DNA from: Octopus sinensis
Taxonomy: Eukaryota
Assembly: GCF_006345805.1 (NCBI RefSeq)
Contig: NC_043001.1
Coordinates: forward strand, 33,170,001 to 33,234,000
Reading direction: 5' to 3'
Length of the DNA: 64,000 nucleotides
Shown here piece after piece: positions 39,263 through 52,556 of this stretch. The position numbers and the translations under genes were made by a program. The notes under the pieces were generated by a model. It saw only the letters and a program-made list of their open reading frames with translations, was not told the DNA's origin and made no database searches. Numbering within the stretch: position 1 is the first letter of the stretch; every line of letters starts with the position of its first letter.

Positions 39263-41612
39263 AAAAGAGCAACGTAACTCAGAATTTTTTAATGTTGAGG
39301 AAATGCTACCTATTAACCAGCTCTAGATTAGGTATGTCACGAAGAGGAGTGTTTAGAAGAAAATCGATATACTTTTGTTTTGCAATAGAGCCAGACGAAA
39401 GACTAGTAGGATCCTAGAAATCTCTCAGTACATTTCATGCTTCTCCAAACGAAAAACGATAGCTTACTGTGTCTGGTTGGAGAGTAACTGCGTTGATAGC
39501 ATAGGATAGAGGAGACGAAGACAACAAGCCCCGAGATGAGAAATTGTCGATAAATACCACACCAAGAATCTATAATGGCTGATTGAGTTTTCCCCAGAAT
39601 ACGTAAGAGACTTCACGGTTTGGTGACAACCAAAGATGTTCATGGATGAATACACAAAACCCAGTTTTATGTACTAGAATCGGAAAGCGGTTTGAAATGA
39701 AAGGATATTTGGTCTTTCCGGGATGCTGGTGTCCAAACTTTTCGTGTGAGAGAGTCTGTATTTTACCTTTCTTTTTTCATGTACTGGATTTTGACTCACT
39801 GTTTATTTTCCTTGCACATGTCCACTTGTACATTTAACCCTTCTGTATAACATGTTTTGTATACGTTAGGTCCTTGTGGCTAATAAATAATGATGGTGAT
39901 GGATGCATCTATCTACATTAAATTCATCGTTAGACACATTAAATAAGCTATATGGCAAGCTGCCGCTCATTTATCAATCCCATAATTGTTTGAATAAACA
40001 AAGATTGGCAAGTTCGGGTTCTGACGTTTATTACGATGATAAATGATATTTAAACAGACAGACGTTTGAACTCTCGAGATAGTTACCCTCTCATATTCTA
40101 CGAACACGCAAGTCAGTCGGCATCATATACTGTTGCAGCGAGCACAATATTTAGAGGTATATTCAACCATTATCGCAAACAATTAGTACGTACATAACTC
40201 AATAGAGACACCAGCGGAAACAACTTCTAATTAAGAACGATTTCGTTAGCTTGCAGCACTGAATTTACGCTTTCAAATGAGTCTTTGATATTCAACCATG
40301 ACAAATCAACGCATAGTAAATTATCTTTCTTTATTTTTTTTTTTACCTCTTTTTCATATTTCTGCTGAGGTAGAAAAAGATCAGATATATCAACACAAAT
40401 GTTATATAGGAAAAAGTTTAGAAGTTTGACATTTATTGTACATAAAACAAGAAAATAATCAGTAAGAATTATTTTCCAAGCAGACTTCGGTCTTTAAATG
40501 CGGAAGTTATTACCATTATTACTTTGCGCACGAAGGCGGTAAGCTGGGAAAATCGTTAGTGTCGGATACGATCCCTTTTGATATGTATTCCTGCTGTTTA
40601 TCTTCTCAGATGAAAATCCTTCTGAAGTCAATTTTAGCCTTTTAACCTTGAGGGACAGATACTGAGTAGTACCAGTCAAGTACTGGACTACCCCACTCAC
40701 TAGAAAAAGAATCTGTTTTTTTGCGTATACTTGAAATAATTATTAATCTGTACAGCTACTATGCGCTAGAAGACATTTTGAACAATAGTCTAGTTTCTTA
40801 AAGACACTTAGAGAAGTGGAAAGGATAATTTGGGGGTATTCACATACGACCTTGTAGTATCTGTCCTTATCTTCACGTTTTGCATTTAAATCCCGCTGAA
40901 CTCAACAATTGCTACCCTCCGGGTGTCAAAAAAGTACATTCCAGATCAAATACTAATGTCCAAAAACTAAAATATTTTCTTCCTAGCACTATAAAAATAT
41001 TTTCGCCCGAGGAATTTCTGGCCTTGTGTTCATGTAATAATTATTATTGAAATTTTTCTACAAAAGGTAGGCTGGTAGACTATCGGACAAAATATTTCAC
41101 ACTACTTAGATACGATCCATTAGGCTCTGAGTTCAAATTCTTCTAGTGTCGATAAAATAAAGTAACAGTCTTTCGAAATAGGTTTCATCGACTTTACTCA
41201 AAATGGAGGCCATGCGGCTGCAGCTGCCAGAAATCAATATTTAGAACACTGAATAGGTAGAATAACAGACAAAATATATTTTGGTATTTAGTTACGACTA
41301 AATACGTTTTAAGTTCAAACTTTGTTAAGATCAATCAGTACGGAGGTCGATTGAATCGACACTACTATTTCATAAAATATATGACCTTCTACCTAAATAA
41401 TGATAACTCAATATTTAATTACATGCTTCGACGTTCAGTCCTGTTTATGTTGACTTCGCTATTAAAAACACTTCAGGCTTCATCAAGAATGTTTTATGTC
41501 ATATAATGCAGTCGGTTCCATTCTCAATCCCTACATTGTACAGGTGTAGCTTTGCCAATGTACGAGATCAATGTTTACATAAGTTGTTAATTTTGATTCT
41601 TTTCTTTTTCAG

Positions 41613-41816
41613 GAAACATTCTCGGAAACTATGTTGACATGAATTATACTCAAAGTACATCATCTTCACAAACGGGTGACGCACGAATGCAACTATTAGA
41701 AAATGGAACTCTGTTGATTAATTCAGCCGAGGAAACGGATCATGGCTATTATCTGTGTCGTGCTAGTAATGGCATTGGTTATCCTTTAAGTAGGGTTGCT
41801 CAATTAACAGTTCACA
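41613..41816 (+). CDS. Dscam: Dscam exon: Ig8 C-terminal half (GNILGNYVDMNYTQSTSSSQTGDARMQLLENGTLLINSAEETDHGYYLCRASNGIGYPLSRVAQLTVH)
   Basis: GYYLCxAxNGIG is characteristic of Dscam Ig8; ttttcag| acceptor, A|gtaagt donor; phase 1-1. Confidence 0.95.
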
Positions 41817-43345
41817 GTAAGTTGAGAAACAGTTTTTAGTGACAATTATTCTAAGTCGATTAAATGAATAATGCAACTCAATTTTATAAAATTACATCGT
41901 TCTTTTTTTTTTGTTGAGAAAGAGATATGCTTATTCCTTTACCAATTGTATCAGAGATATCAACGAGATATAATATGATGTGAAACCCGATTACAATCTT
42001 GGCGTAAAAAATGCCCCAAGATCATACCTTACAGAAAATGTAGAAAAAGAAAATTGAGATTTTTAGGCATAGGGTCAGATTCTTAAACGATATGACCCAC
42101 GTAAGTAGAGTGAAATGGCTTTGACTAGTGACCTAAACTGATATTTCAGCTTGCTTCACCGTTATGCATCCGGTCTACATTGCAAACAAAACTTGGCGAG
42201 AAGTAATGGCTTCTGATATTGTGTTCTGCACTCCTTGGATATAACAATACTGATGATAATCAGAAGTCTTTTTCTATTAAGCAATGGAAAGCGAGTGCTA
42301 ATTGAAACATTAGCGCACCGGATAACCAAATTCCTCGCCTTCTTTTTCTTATGGCTCCATTGACCTACCTTTCATTCGACCATACCTTTCATTTTTTCCG
42401 GGATCTATAAAAAGTTCTAGCCAAGGAGAGGGTCCACTTGACTACAACTGAATAAATATGTATTCTCTTGTTTCCATTGTTACAAATAAAATATAGGAGT
42501 AGGGGAATCAGTAGAGCGCCGGACTAAATTCTTTACCCTATTAAGTTACATCCCGTAACGTTATGAGTTCAATTTCGACAAGGCTTAATATGTATGTGTC
42601 AATTTAATTTTATTTATTTTAAGATTTTTTTTAGAATTGTGCCAACATGCAATCATTATTAATAAACAGGAAAGGGTGACCAACTGGCAGAATTGCTAGC
42701 ACACCTTAGAAAATACTTAGCAGCTTTTCATCCGTTTTTACTTTCTGAGTTCAAATACCACCAGGTCGACTTTGCTTGTTATTGTTTCCGGGCCAATGAA
42801 ATTGGTACCATTCGAGCACTTTGGTCGATGTAATCATAGACTACCCACTTCCCCAAAATTTCAGGATTGTTAATAAACAGGAATGCTCCGGATATTTTTA
42901 TCCTCAGTTCAAATCTCTCCCATATCGACTTTTCTATTCATTTGTGAAGAATCCTCATTAAAAAATCGAATGTATGAACCGGTTTCTAACCCTTGACAGA
43001 ATCAATTTCCTCCAATTTGGTTGATAACCTGCTTAAGAAACTTGTGTCTATCAGGCACTTCCAATCCGAGCAATTAAACAATTATCTGGCAATGTCCAAT
43101 AGAAGACTCGGTAGGAGCATTGCATAATTTAAGAGTGTTTGTTAAGATGCGATTATTCGGTATTCTATAGAAATTCCAAATTCTGAAATAAATAAAAGAA
43201 AAATTCTTCTTTTACAAGGATTGCCAACAATTCAATGTTGATTACTGTTATTATAAACCTATTACTGAGGAATACCTGTTAATTATTACCTTAAATACAA
43301 GACTAATCGATTCCTCTTTCTAAATCAATCTATTTTATTGACTAG

Positions 43346-43496
43346 TTCCTGCAAGGTATGAAGACGATAGTCAGAAAAATTACACTGTTAAGAAATCAGA
43401 GAATAGCACCATGGAATGTAAAGCGAGTGGAGATGAACCGATTTTCGTGACATGGCGTTTTGGTTCTGATACTATAAATAGTAAAACCAATTCAAG
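43346..43496 (+). CDS. Dscam: Dscam exon: Ig9 N-terminal half (IPARYEDDSQKNYTVKKSENSTMECKASGDEPIFVTWRFGSDTINSKTNSR)
   Basis: CxAxGDxPI...W Ig9 pattern; ctag| acceptor, AG|gttagt donor; phase 1-2. Not in the ORF track. Confidence 0.9.
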
Positions 43497-44392
43497 GTTA
43501 GTATGTTACCTCATATTTCATAAAATTCAATAGAGTCTGATCGATTCTGGTTATCAGATTAATTAAGTGGATGTTTTTATGATCACATATACCCTGCCGC
43601 GCCAACCCTCACCTATTTCCAAACAAGATATAGTATTCGCCATCAACGGAAATGTTTTTACAGATAATGTTAAACGGACAACATTTTGTATGGCGGCGAC
43701 GCACGTTTGCAATTAGCTCCTGATGTCAAGATAATACGCACACACACACACACACAACACACACACACACATACACACACACACACATACACACAAAGAG
43801 AGAGTCAGACATGAAAATAGCCGTAATGTATGTCTACGTCATCCAATGCACCTCTCCTCTTTAGTGATGGCAGAATGTCATAGAAAAGAAATGCAGTTAC
43901 TATGACTCTAGAAACGTCATTGTCGACGTGTGTTTATACATATTTCGTACCAGTTGTAGCTTCTGCAGCCTTGTTCGTGTGATTCAGAATCACAGAATAC
44001 AAACTACTGAAAACCTTTGAGCTTACACTATGTGCCAGTTGAACTACATGGTTTTAGAGGTGACTTATATAGAAAATAGCCTTGGAAAATCATGAACATT
44101 ACATTATCACATGACTCTGTATTGACTCTGTATTTTGACTCTAAACGTAATTGACTCTGTGTTTTGACTCTAAACGTAATTGATTCTGTGTTTTGAAACC
44201 AGATTACAACCTTGATGCATCAGAACTGTATTTTTATTTACAGCTACTCAACACTATATTGAATTAAAAATATTAATTAGTGTTGTATTTGTTTACAGAA
44301 TTATCTTTACATAAACTTTATTTCCTTTATCGTCTTGTCCTTCCGTATATTGTTTTACAGATTCTTTTGTATTTGATCCATTGTTTCTTTAG

Positions 44393-44529
44393 ATTAAAAG
44401 TGGAGAATATTGGCACCATTTCACGTCTGCACGTAACTGGTGCGGTTCGAGAAGACAGTGGCATCTATGTTTGTAATGCTGAAAACAAATATGGCTATGG
44501 AGAAACAACACGCCGCCTTATTGTCGTAG
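44393..44529 (+). CDS. Dscam: Dscam exon: Ig9 C-terminal half (LKVENIGTISRLHVTGAVREDSGIYVCNAENKYGYGETTRRLIVV)
   Basis: RxDSGxYxCxAxNxYG; tctttag| acceptor, G|gtgagt donor; phase 2-1. Confidence 0.93.
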
Positions 44530-44714
44530 GTGAGTGCATTGAACTATTCATTAAAATCTACTATATTACAATACTTGGTCAAGCCAAGGTCTTTATTGAC
44601 ATGCCATGAGCAGTTTAAAACTGTTAATTGATTGATTGATTAGGAGTAAAACTTGGAGTAATTGATTGATTGATTAGGAGTGATTGATTGATTGATTGAT
44701 TGATTAGGAGTAAT

Positions 44715-44930
44715 AATCTTTTCTACTAAAGACACAAGACCTGAAATTTTGGGAGGAGTGAACTAGTCGATTATATCGACCCCAGTGTTTCACTGGTACT
44801 TAATTTATCGACTCCGGAAGGATGACAGGCAAAGTCGAGCTCGGCGGAATTTGACCTCAGAACATGGCAACGAGCGAAATATTGCTCAGCGTTTCGACAG
44901 GTGTGCTAACGCTACTGCCAGCTCACTGCT
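44715..44930 (-). mobile_element. SINE, family A
   Basis: Core match, preceded by (ATTG)n. Confidence 0.75.
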
Positions 44931-45286
44931 TTTGATGAGAAGTAAGATGAGAAAAATAGTTACAATGTTTATAGATTTTTTTCAAGAATGAAAATGTAAA
45001 ATTGTTACCGTTTTTATTTATTAAGATTTAAGATTTATAGCAATGAGTTTGTAGACTGAATACTTTTCTATAATTTGACATTTCCTCTCTCAGCATCATG
45101 AGTTCACATTATCCCGATGTCAGCTTTGCTTTTCGTCCCTGAGTAATTGCTAAATCTTAGATATTTTAAGCCAGATCGGTTCTGATTAAGCAAACTTGAG
45201 ATGAATAACTGTACTGTTTTATATTACATACACAATTTACTTAGGGCTATATTATCCAATATGCACAACTATAAGACAGCAGATTG

Positions 45287-45505
45287 TACGAGAGAGTGCT
45301 GAAAAGTTGCTGGTTTTAAGAACTTTGCGAAAGGCCTATTGGAGACCCAACTTTTCTCAGTGTTTTACAAGATTTAGAAAAACTGAATGACCGTTGTAGT
45401 AAGTGTGTGCACCTGCGAGATGAATATGTTGAATAAAATCACAATTAACTGACCCTCATTCGTTTTCTTTTACCCAAAGCCAAGAACTTTTCAGCACCGC
45501 TCATC
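45287..45505 (+). mobile_element. Mariner-derived MITE
   Basis: TIRs tacgagagagtgctgaaaagtt / aacttttcagcaccgctc; the interior ends with transposase-like DRCSKCVHLRDEYVE*. Confidence 0.65.
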
Positions 45506-45945
45506 GTTTGAAGGAGATTTAGTTACTATATCTAGCACAGTAAACGCCAATGTAGTGGCTCCTTCGTCGATTCGGATAAGATACTAATAAAATGAATATT
45601 TATATTCACATATATTTCATAACATAAGTTATCTAAGGCTACAATATTCAATGTGCGTAACTTTAAGACAGTTGGTAGCAACTTGGGAGAAATTCTGCTA
45701 CTATATTTTGTAGGGCGAACTAAAGTTTTTAAAGCATCTTACGATCGTTTCGCAAAACTATTGTCTCTATAATGAAATCCTATATTGATAAACATTTATA
45801 GACAATACTTCTGCTCCTCAGAGATATAAAATGTGAAGTTTGTATAATTTATCGAATGGTAGTTTTTTAAAAATATGGGGAAATGGTGTTTGTTTGAAAT
45901 ATAAAAAGTTAATTTTAAACTATTAAATTTTAAACTGTCATATTT

Positions 45946-46030
<85 letters not shown>

Positions 46031-46140
46031 CCATCATCATTATTATTATTATTATCATTGTTATCATTATTATTATTATTATTGTTATCATTATTATTAT
46101 TATTATTGTTATCATTATTATTATTATTATTATTATTATT
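45946..46140. repeat. (ATC)n(ATT)n microsatellite
   Basis: Seen directly. Confidence 0.95.
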
Positions 46141-46284
46141 GTATATTTATACTGATACATATTTACATATATTTTTATATATATTTATATTTTTAATACA
46201 ATAATTATTCCACGTATGAATATATCTTTCTGAAGAATTTTTCTGATATTAATTTCCTTATGTCTCCTGTATTCTTTAATTCAG

Positions 46285-46416
46285 AACCTCCAGAACGGCC
46301 TGTTCACTTGAAACTAGAGAATCGTGCCAGTCGTTCTGTGAATATATCCTGGGAAGAACCTTATAATGGCAACAGTTACATCACATCGTACGTGCTGCAA
46401 TTCAAGAATGAATCTG
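46285..46416 (+). CDS. Dscam: Dscam exon: FN3-1 N-half (EPPERPVHLKLENRASRSVNISWEEPYNGNSYITSYVLQFKNES)
   Basis: FN3 SRSVxxSWxxPYxGNS; ttcag| and G|gtaagc; phase 1-1. Confidence 0.94.
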
Positions 46417-46772
46417 GTAAGCTAAGAATATCTGAGAAAACAGAGACCTTCATTGTAATCAGCAGAACTGTGTATGATGGGTTTAACGTGGTATTGGTTG
46501 TTATATTCTATTTTCGTTCATAGTTCTGGTAATTAGGAAGGAACTATGCCCATGACCTCGCAGTATAGACATTTATCTAAGTCTAATATGAACTATAGAA
46601 ATAAAAACAAGATAGTTTTATCAAATCAGTACATCCATTACCTATAAAATAAACCATATGGTATACTTTACTCTAATGTTTGCCATCGAATTAAGCTTCC
46701 CTTAACTGCTATATTAGAAAGAAAGAGGCCAGACATTCATCCAAAGTCATTTTGTGTTTGTTCTATTTGCAG

Positions 46773-46946
46773 ATATTTGGAAACCAGCTCCGTCCAATGT
46801 GACTGTCATAGCAACAGATGATATTCCGGCAGGTAGTATTTCAGGTTTACATCCGTCCTATAAATACCAAATTCGCGCCTTAGCTATAAATGCAATTGGA
46901 ACTGGGTCACCCAGCACGGTCATAACTGTGTCAACTGATGAAGAAG
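46773..46946 (+). CDS. Dscam: Dscam exon: FN3-1 C-half (DIWKPAPSNV...ISGLHPSYKYQIRALAINAIGTGSPSTVITVSTDEE)
   Basis: LxPxxxYxxRxxAxNxIG...TxEE; ttgcag| and G|gtaaga; phase 1-1. Confidence 0.94.
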
Positions 46947-47397
46947 GTAAGAATGAAGAAAAATTTCATTATCACATTCGTCAAAATTTTGCATAAATCA
47001 GGCAAGATAATGCAGAATTATTTTCTTTCTCCCTCGACATTGTGTATTTAGCCTATTCCTCACATATAAGGCATTTGCATTAGTGTTTACATTTCCTCCT
47101 CTAAGTTCTTCCTTCAAATCACACCAATGGCCTGATTGGGATTCCGTAAATGGGGGAACCTCAACGTAGTCACTTAACTTAATATAAATAGCAACCAAAT
47201 TTCCCTTTAATAGCACTTTAATGTATTGAAAAAACACAGATTGGATAATTTAACTCCAGACTATTATTAGAGATAATACTGATTGAAACGTAGTGTAAAT
47301 ATAGATGAGCGCAGGTGTGGTAGTGTGGTTAAGAACATTGCTTCACAACTCCGTGGTTTTGGTTTTGGTTTTGAAGTCGATTCCCTTGAGCGCTACT

Positions 47398-47917
47398 TTC
47401 GGCAGGTGCCTTCGCAGCTTCAGGTCTATGGAATTCCCGTGAAAAATAAATTTGTAGAGGGTAGCTGTATCAGATATTTTGTGTTATTGGTAGGCTTAAA
47501 CTATTGTCCAGTTAAACAAAATCATCTCAGATGATTTCACCAGATTCCAGTCTATTGCTAGCATGTAAACTGGATCGCCTGTCTCGGAATTTCCTCCAAC
47601 CATTCTGCAAGACCTTTAAAAGCGTGAATGTTGCTAACCTTGTTCCTTTGGTTAAACCATCAGAAAATATTTCGGCAGGTGCTTTCGCAGTTTCAGGTCT
47701 ATGGAAGTCCCGTGAAAAAAATTTTGTAGAGGGTAACTGTATGAGCTATTTTGTGTTATTAGTAGGCATAAACCATTGTCCAGTTAAACAAAATCATCTC
47801 AGATGATTTCACCAGATTCCAGTCTATTGCAAGCATGTAAACTGGGTCGCCTGTCTCGGAACATCCTACAACCGGTCTGCAAGACCTTGAAGAATGTGAA
47901 CGTTGCTGGCCTTGTTC
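47398..47917. repeat. Tandem direct duplication, ~273-bp period
   Basis: 47398-47646 repeated with divergence at 47671-47917. Confidence 0.9.
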
Positions 47918-48206
47918 GGATCATAGGTATGGTCTGTCGGAGCTGACCTGGCATTGAAATAATAGTCATTGTTTCGGTAGTTTAAGCTCGAAATAATTAG
48001 TCTCTTCACAAAATAACAAATCAATGATAGCTGGCAGTTGCTAAGCTTCAAACTAATATTATTTACTCTCTAGAAATATATTGTCCACTTACAACTGAAC
48101 TGAGATATTATTTTAAGATTTAGCTCCACTTAAGTTTAATGCAGGTTGTATTACGTTTGTATTACGTTTTCTTTTTAATTTATATGTTTCAACCCTTTCC
48201 TTGCAG

Positions 48207-48277
48207 TGCCTTCAGGACCACCTACAGATGTTAGAGTACAAGCAAGCGGATCAACATCCTTAAAAGTCACTTGGCGG
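48207..48277 (+). CDS. Dscam: Dscam exon: FN3-2 start (VPSGPPTDVRVQASGSTSLKVTWR)
   Basis: PSGPP...LKVTW; ttgcag| and CGG|gtaagg; phase 1-0. Confidence 0.93.
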
Positions 48278-48414
48278 GTAAGGAAGTATTTTGTTTCTCT
48301 GATAATAATCATTATTAATTATGTTATAGCTGTCCTGACGATGAAAGAAGACACATTAGACCGAGTGTCTGAAAAATTACTTTGTAGTATTATTTAGGTA
48401 CGGCCTTTTAAAAT

Positions 48415-48620
48415 TTCAGCTGGTACGATTGTTAGCACACCGGAGAAATGCTCAGCGGCATTTCGTCCATCTTTATGTTCTGAGTTCAAATTCCGCTGAG
48501 GTCGACGTTATCTTTCTTCCTTTCAGGGTCGATAAAATAAGTACCAATCAAGCACCGGGCTCGATCCAAGCGACTAGCCCGCTTCCCTAAATTTCAGGCC
48601 TTGTGCCTAGAGTAGATAGG
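48415..48620 (+). mobile_element. SINE, family A, followed by (ATC)(AGC)(AGT)n
   Basis: Core match. Confidence 0.75.
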
Positions 48621-48622
48621 AT

Positions 48623-48717
<95 letters not shown>

Positions 48718-49013
48718 TGCGAAAGGATTTACCATATTGCGTGAATAAAATCGAGTTAATTCAGTATTAATGTTTTCAGTTATACTTCCCAGCGTTTAGT
48801 GTTTCATGTGGTTTTAATAATGATTAAGAAAAAATTTCCATTACAAATTTAATTCAAAAATTCAGACGAAACCTAAATCATTGCCGTTCTTATTTCGTAC
48901 TTGTTTCCTAATAATCTGCAATTAACCGTGCCTATACTAATGTATAACAGATGACTGTTACTCAAATGTTTGTAGTGAATTGTTCCTAATTGTACCACTT
49001 TTAATAACTGCAG

Positions 49014-49251
49014 GCTCCTCTCTACCAAGAACAAAATGGCAAAATCTTGGGTTACTATATTGGATACAAACGTCACAATTCCAGTGATTCGTATGTTTAT
49101 CGAAAAAAGCTGACTGAAAATAACAGCGATTTGGAGCAACAGATCAAAGATCTTTTGAAATTCACTCGTTACGACCTACATGTCCGTGCTTACAATTCAA
49201 AAGGTTTAGGACCAATAACAGACGATGTAACAGCTTTTACTTTAGAAGACG
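49014..49251 (+). CDS. Dscam: Dscam exon: rest of FN3-2 (APLYQEQNGKILGYYIGYK...LLKFTRYDLHVRAYNSKGLGPITDDVTAFTLED)
   Basis: NGxILGYYIGY and LxKFTxY..xAxNxxGxGP; ctgcag| and G|gtgagt; phase 0-1. Confidence 0.95.
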
Positions 49252-49578
49252 GTGAGTATAAAACATGACGCAAATCTTTGGTACACAGTTGTTTTCACAG
49301 CACGCACGCATGAATTACGATAATTCAGTAAATTGCCTTTCTTTTTTACGTTGTACTTGTTTCATTCATTAGACTGCGATCTTGCTAGGATACCGCTTTT
49401 TGTAGTCGTTTTGTACTTATAATTGAACTCAATTGCTGAACAGCTACGCGATGAAGAAATAAACAAACCAACAGAGGTTTTTGGAGTGGTGATGGGCGAC
49501 AGAACACACATGCACACACACACACACACATGCATGCATACATACATACATACATACATACATACATACATACATACA

Positions 49579-49612
<34 letters not shown>

Positions 49613-49772
49613 CATACATACATACTGTTGTGTGGACGCCCCCAGACAATGAAGAAGGCTAGCCCGATACGTAGATATAGAGGGAGAAGTTTAGACGTCA
49701 AGGTAGCAGTCGGAAAGAGAGTAGAGAGTCGAGTAGCGGTGAGAGTAGAGTAGAGTATGTGTGTACGTATGT

Positions 49773-49845
49773 ATGTATGTATGTGTTATGTCGCACGTTC
49801 GGATGCCTTCTACTCATCCGAACGTGCGACATAACACATACATAC
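49773..49845. repeat. Perfect hairpin embedded in (TACA)n
   Basis: atgtgttatgtcgcacgttcggatg-ccttctact-catccgaacgtgcgacataacacat. Confidence 0.9.
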
Positions 49846-51017
49846 ACACATACATACACACATACATACATACATACATACATACATACATACATACATA
49901 CATAAATGCAGGCATACATACGACTCTACACAGTTTCTATCTACCAAATTAACTCACAAGGCAGTGGTCGGCCCAAGTCTATATTAGAAGACAAGGTGTC
50001 GCGCAGGGAACGCGAAACCGAAACCACTCCGTTGCAAAGTGAGTTTCTTAACTACACAACCATGCCTGCGTTTAGTAGTTAATATCCCTCATATAACACG
50101 TGTTCTTGTTAAAGCAGGAAGGAAAAATATGATATGAATCTTTGGATGATCTTGCCAGAAGAAAAGATGAGATATCCATGACTGGTAATAAGAGTGCACA
50201 ATTCGAAATATCTAGAGCTATGCAACAAAAACAACATAAGTTATTTAATTATTCAATTACGTCACGAGACAGGAACAGCTGTGGAGATGGAGTATTATTT
50301 GTAGAGATACTTTATAGTATTTTGTCCACATTAACGAGACATTAGCTATCAAATGTCAAGTTTGTTTAGTTTCAACCAATTGACAACACCTAATATAATT
50401 CACCCGGGAATATTTCATTTATTTACATTAGCAAAATTGAATATTTTCAGTGGTAATACGATAATCCAGTATGCTATACAAAACGTATTTTTTCTCCCAT
50501 TTGCTAAACGATACGAACAATAGAGTTGACTACCAGACATTCTTGATACTTCATATTTAGGGAGATTTTGGCTTTTATGAAATGTTTTGTTTATACATCA
50601 TAGGAAATGAGTTAACCTAAAAACTAGGGTACCAAGATACATATCTGATTTTTTTTCCCTTTCGTCTGAGGAAAAAGGCAGTACTCATTATTACTGATCT
50701 GCGAAGTCTCCTAACACGTGTACAAACTTTCAGGCCCTCACTAGTCACTACATCCAGAGCTTCCATTTGATAAGGGTGACATCGGTTCTTTGGAGTTTCC
50801 GCCCTACTCGCGTATTTCTTGCATCTATTTATTAATAAATGTCCGAAGAGAATATTACTAACATCAAACCTTGCAGACACCGATTAAACTTCGAAGTTAC
50901 AAACACATATTACTTCTGTTTAATAAATCATCTAGACCTCTACTTATGTTTGATTCAATGAATTATGTTACTTATATTAAAATATCTTTAAAAGCAATTT
51001 GTTCAAATTAATTTCAG

Positions 51018-51164
51018 TACCCAGTTTGCCACCCCAGGAAGTCCGCATACGTGATATAAATCCAGACAATATCCGAATATCATGGGTTGAACCACCATAT
51101 TACACCGTTCAAGGTGTGCTCCAAGGCTATAAAGTCCTTTATAAGGAAGTAAGAGCTGATGAAG
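51018..51164 (+). CDS. Dscam: Dscam exon: FN3-3 N-half (VPSLPPQEVRIRDINPDNIRISWVEPPYYTVQGVLQGYKVLYKEVRADE)
   Basis: FN3 pattern; tttcag| and G|gtacat; phase 1-1. Confidence 0.93.
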
Positions 51165-51499
51165 GTACATCATATATTTTATACTTTTATTTTTGCAAGA
51201 AAAATAAGTAGAGAGAGCAGGAGGGAGAGCGAATCAATCTCAATACTTGACAGGTACGTTATTTATTGACTGCAAAGGAATAAAGGATGAAATTGGCCTC
51301 AGAGTGTACAGAGCTGATATAAGTACCGCAATGCACTCTGTCCTACCGTGTAACGATGCTGCAAACTCTCTGCTTTGCGTAGCCACTCGATGTAGTGGAA
51401 ATTTCATCCATATAGTGGTGGGTCTCCGTCGCTCGGCGATAAGGTACAGTTGTTCTTTCAAATGAGTAATCGAATCCTGCATTATGTATAAGCGACTGC

Positions 51500-51700
51500 A
51501 TGCAGGGTCATTAGCACTCCGAGCAAAATGCTTGGCGGCATTTCATCCGTCTTTACCTTCTGAATTCACATTCCACCGAGATCAACTTTGCCTTTCATAT
51601 CAGGGTCGATGAAATAAATACCAGTCAAGCACTCGGGTCAATGTAATCGCCTGGCGCCATTCCTCCAAAATGTCAGGCCTTGAGTCTATAGCAGAAAGGA
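51500..51700 (+). mobile_element. SINE, family A
   Basis: Diverged core match. Confidence 0.7.
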
Positions 51701-51764
51701 TTATGCATAAGCGATTCAGTATTCTACAGTCACGAGTACTCTTAAAGTTATTCTTGGACACAAT

Positions 51765-51972
51765 GAAGGCGCATGGCTCAGTAGTTAGAGCGTCGAGCTT
51801 ACGATCGTGAGGTTGTGATTTCGAATCCCGGACCGGGCTGCGTGTTGTGTTCTTGAGCAAGACACTTTATTTCACGTTGCTCCAGTTCACTCAGCTGTAG
51901 AAATTAGGTGCGACGTCACAGGTGCCAAGCTGTATCGGGCGTTGCCTTTCTCTTGGATAACAATGGTGGCGT
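51765..51972 (+). mobile_element. SINE, family C
   Basis: aaggcgcatggctcagtagttagagcg...ttcgaatccc, tRNA-like A and B boxes. Confidence 0.82.
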
Positions 51973-52244
51973 GTTGCCCGGCGTGCTAACGATTCTGCCC
52001 CCTTGCCGCCCTAACCACCTGGTAATATTATCGGCCGAAAAGTTGCTTTGACATTATATATTGTATTAAGGAAATTAAGTATGTGTGCGAAGACTTTTAA
52101 CGCCGATCAACATTTTGGAAGCAATTTTTTCCTTCTTTCTTCGTTTTATCGTAGATACTAAAACAAATATGATAATTATAAAAGACGTTTGAGAAGCACT
52201 GATTTTGATATTCCTTATCGTTACAACTGTATTTAATTCTACAG

Positions 52245-52400
52245 ATGAAACGGAAGCCAGTGATGTAACAACCTCCAAGCTAGAGACTGTCGTAACAGAT
52301 CTTAAGAAATATACCAACTACAGCATTCAAGTGTTGGCCTACACTATTATGGGAGAAGGAGTAAGGAGTGAGCCTATCTATGTAATGACTAGAGAAGATG
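52245..52400 (+). CDS. Dscam: Dscam exon: FN3-3 C-half (DETEASDVTTSKLETVVTDLKKYTNYSIQVLAYTIMGEGVRSEPIYVMTRED)
   Basis: LKKYTNYSIQVLAxTxxGxGVRS is highly conserved in Dscam; tacag| and G|gtaaga; phase 1-1. Confidence 0.96.
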
Positions 52401-52556
52401 GTAAGATATCTTTGCAAAATTTATTAAATTTTTCCTTATATTTCTTTAAATATTTCAGGATACATAACATAATGCTTGTGTGTATATTTGTATATGTATG
52501 TACTTGTGTGTATATGTATGTACTTGTGTTATATGTATGTAATAAATAAATAAATG

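Noticed and set aside
44361-44392. Alternative upstream acceptor (ttttacag at 44353-44360) for the Ig9 C exon
   Set aside because: It would add 32 nt and shift the frame relative to the phase-2 upstream exon.
45930-46160. Poly-I/M ORF
   Set aside because: (ATC)(ATT) microsatellite.
48335-48390. CTGACGA...agacac/gtgtct-GAAAA hammerhead-like string just after the FN2 exon
   Set aside because: Extra nucleotides in the core and no convincing stems I or III.
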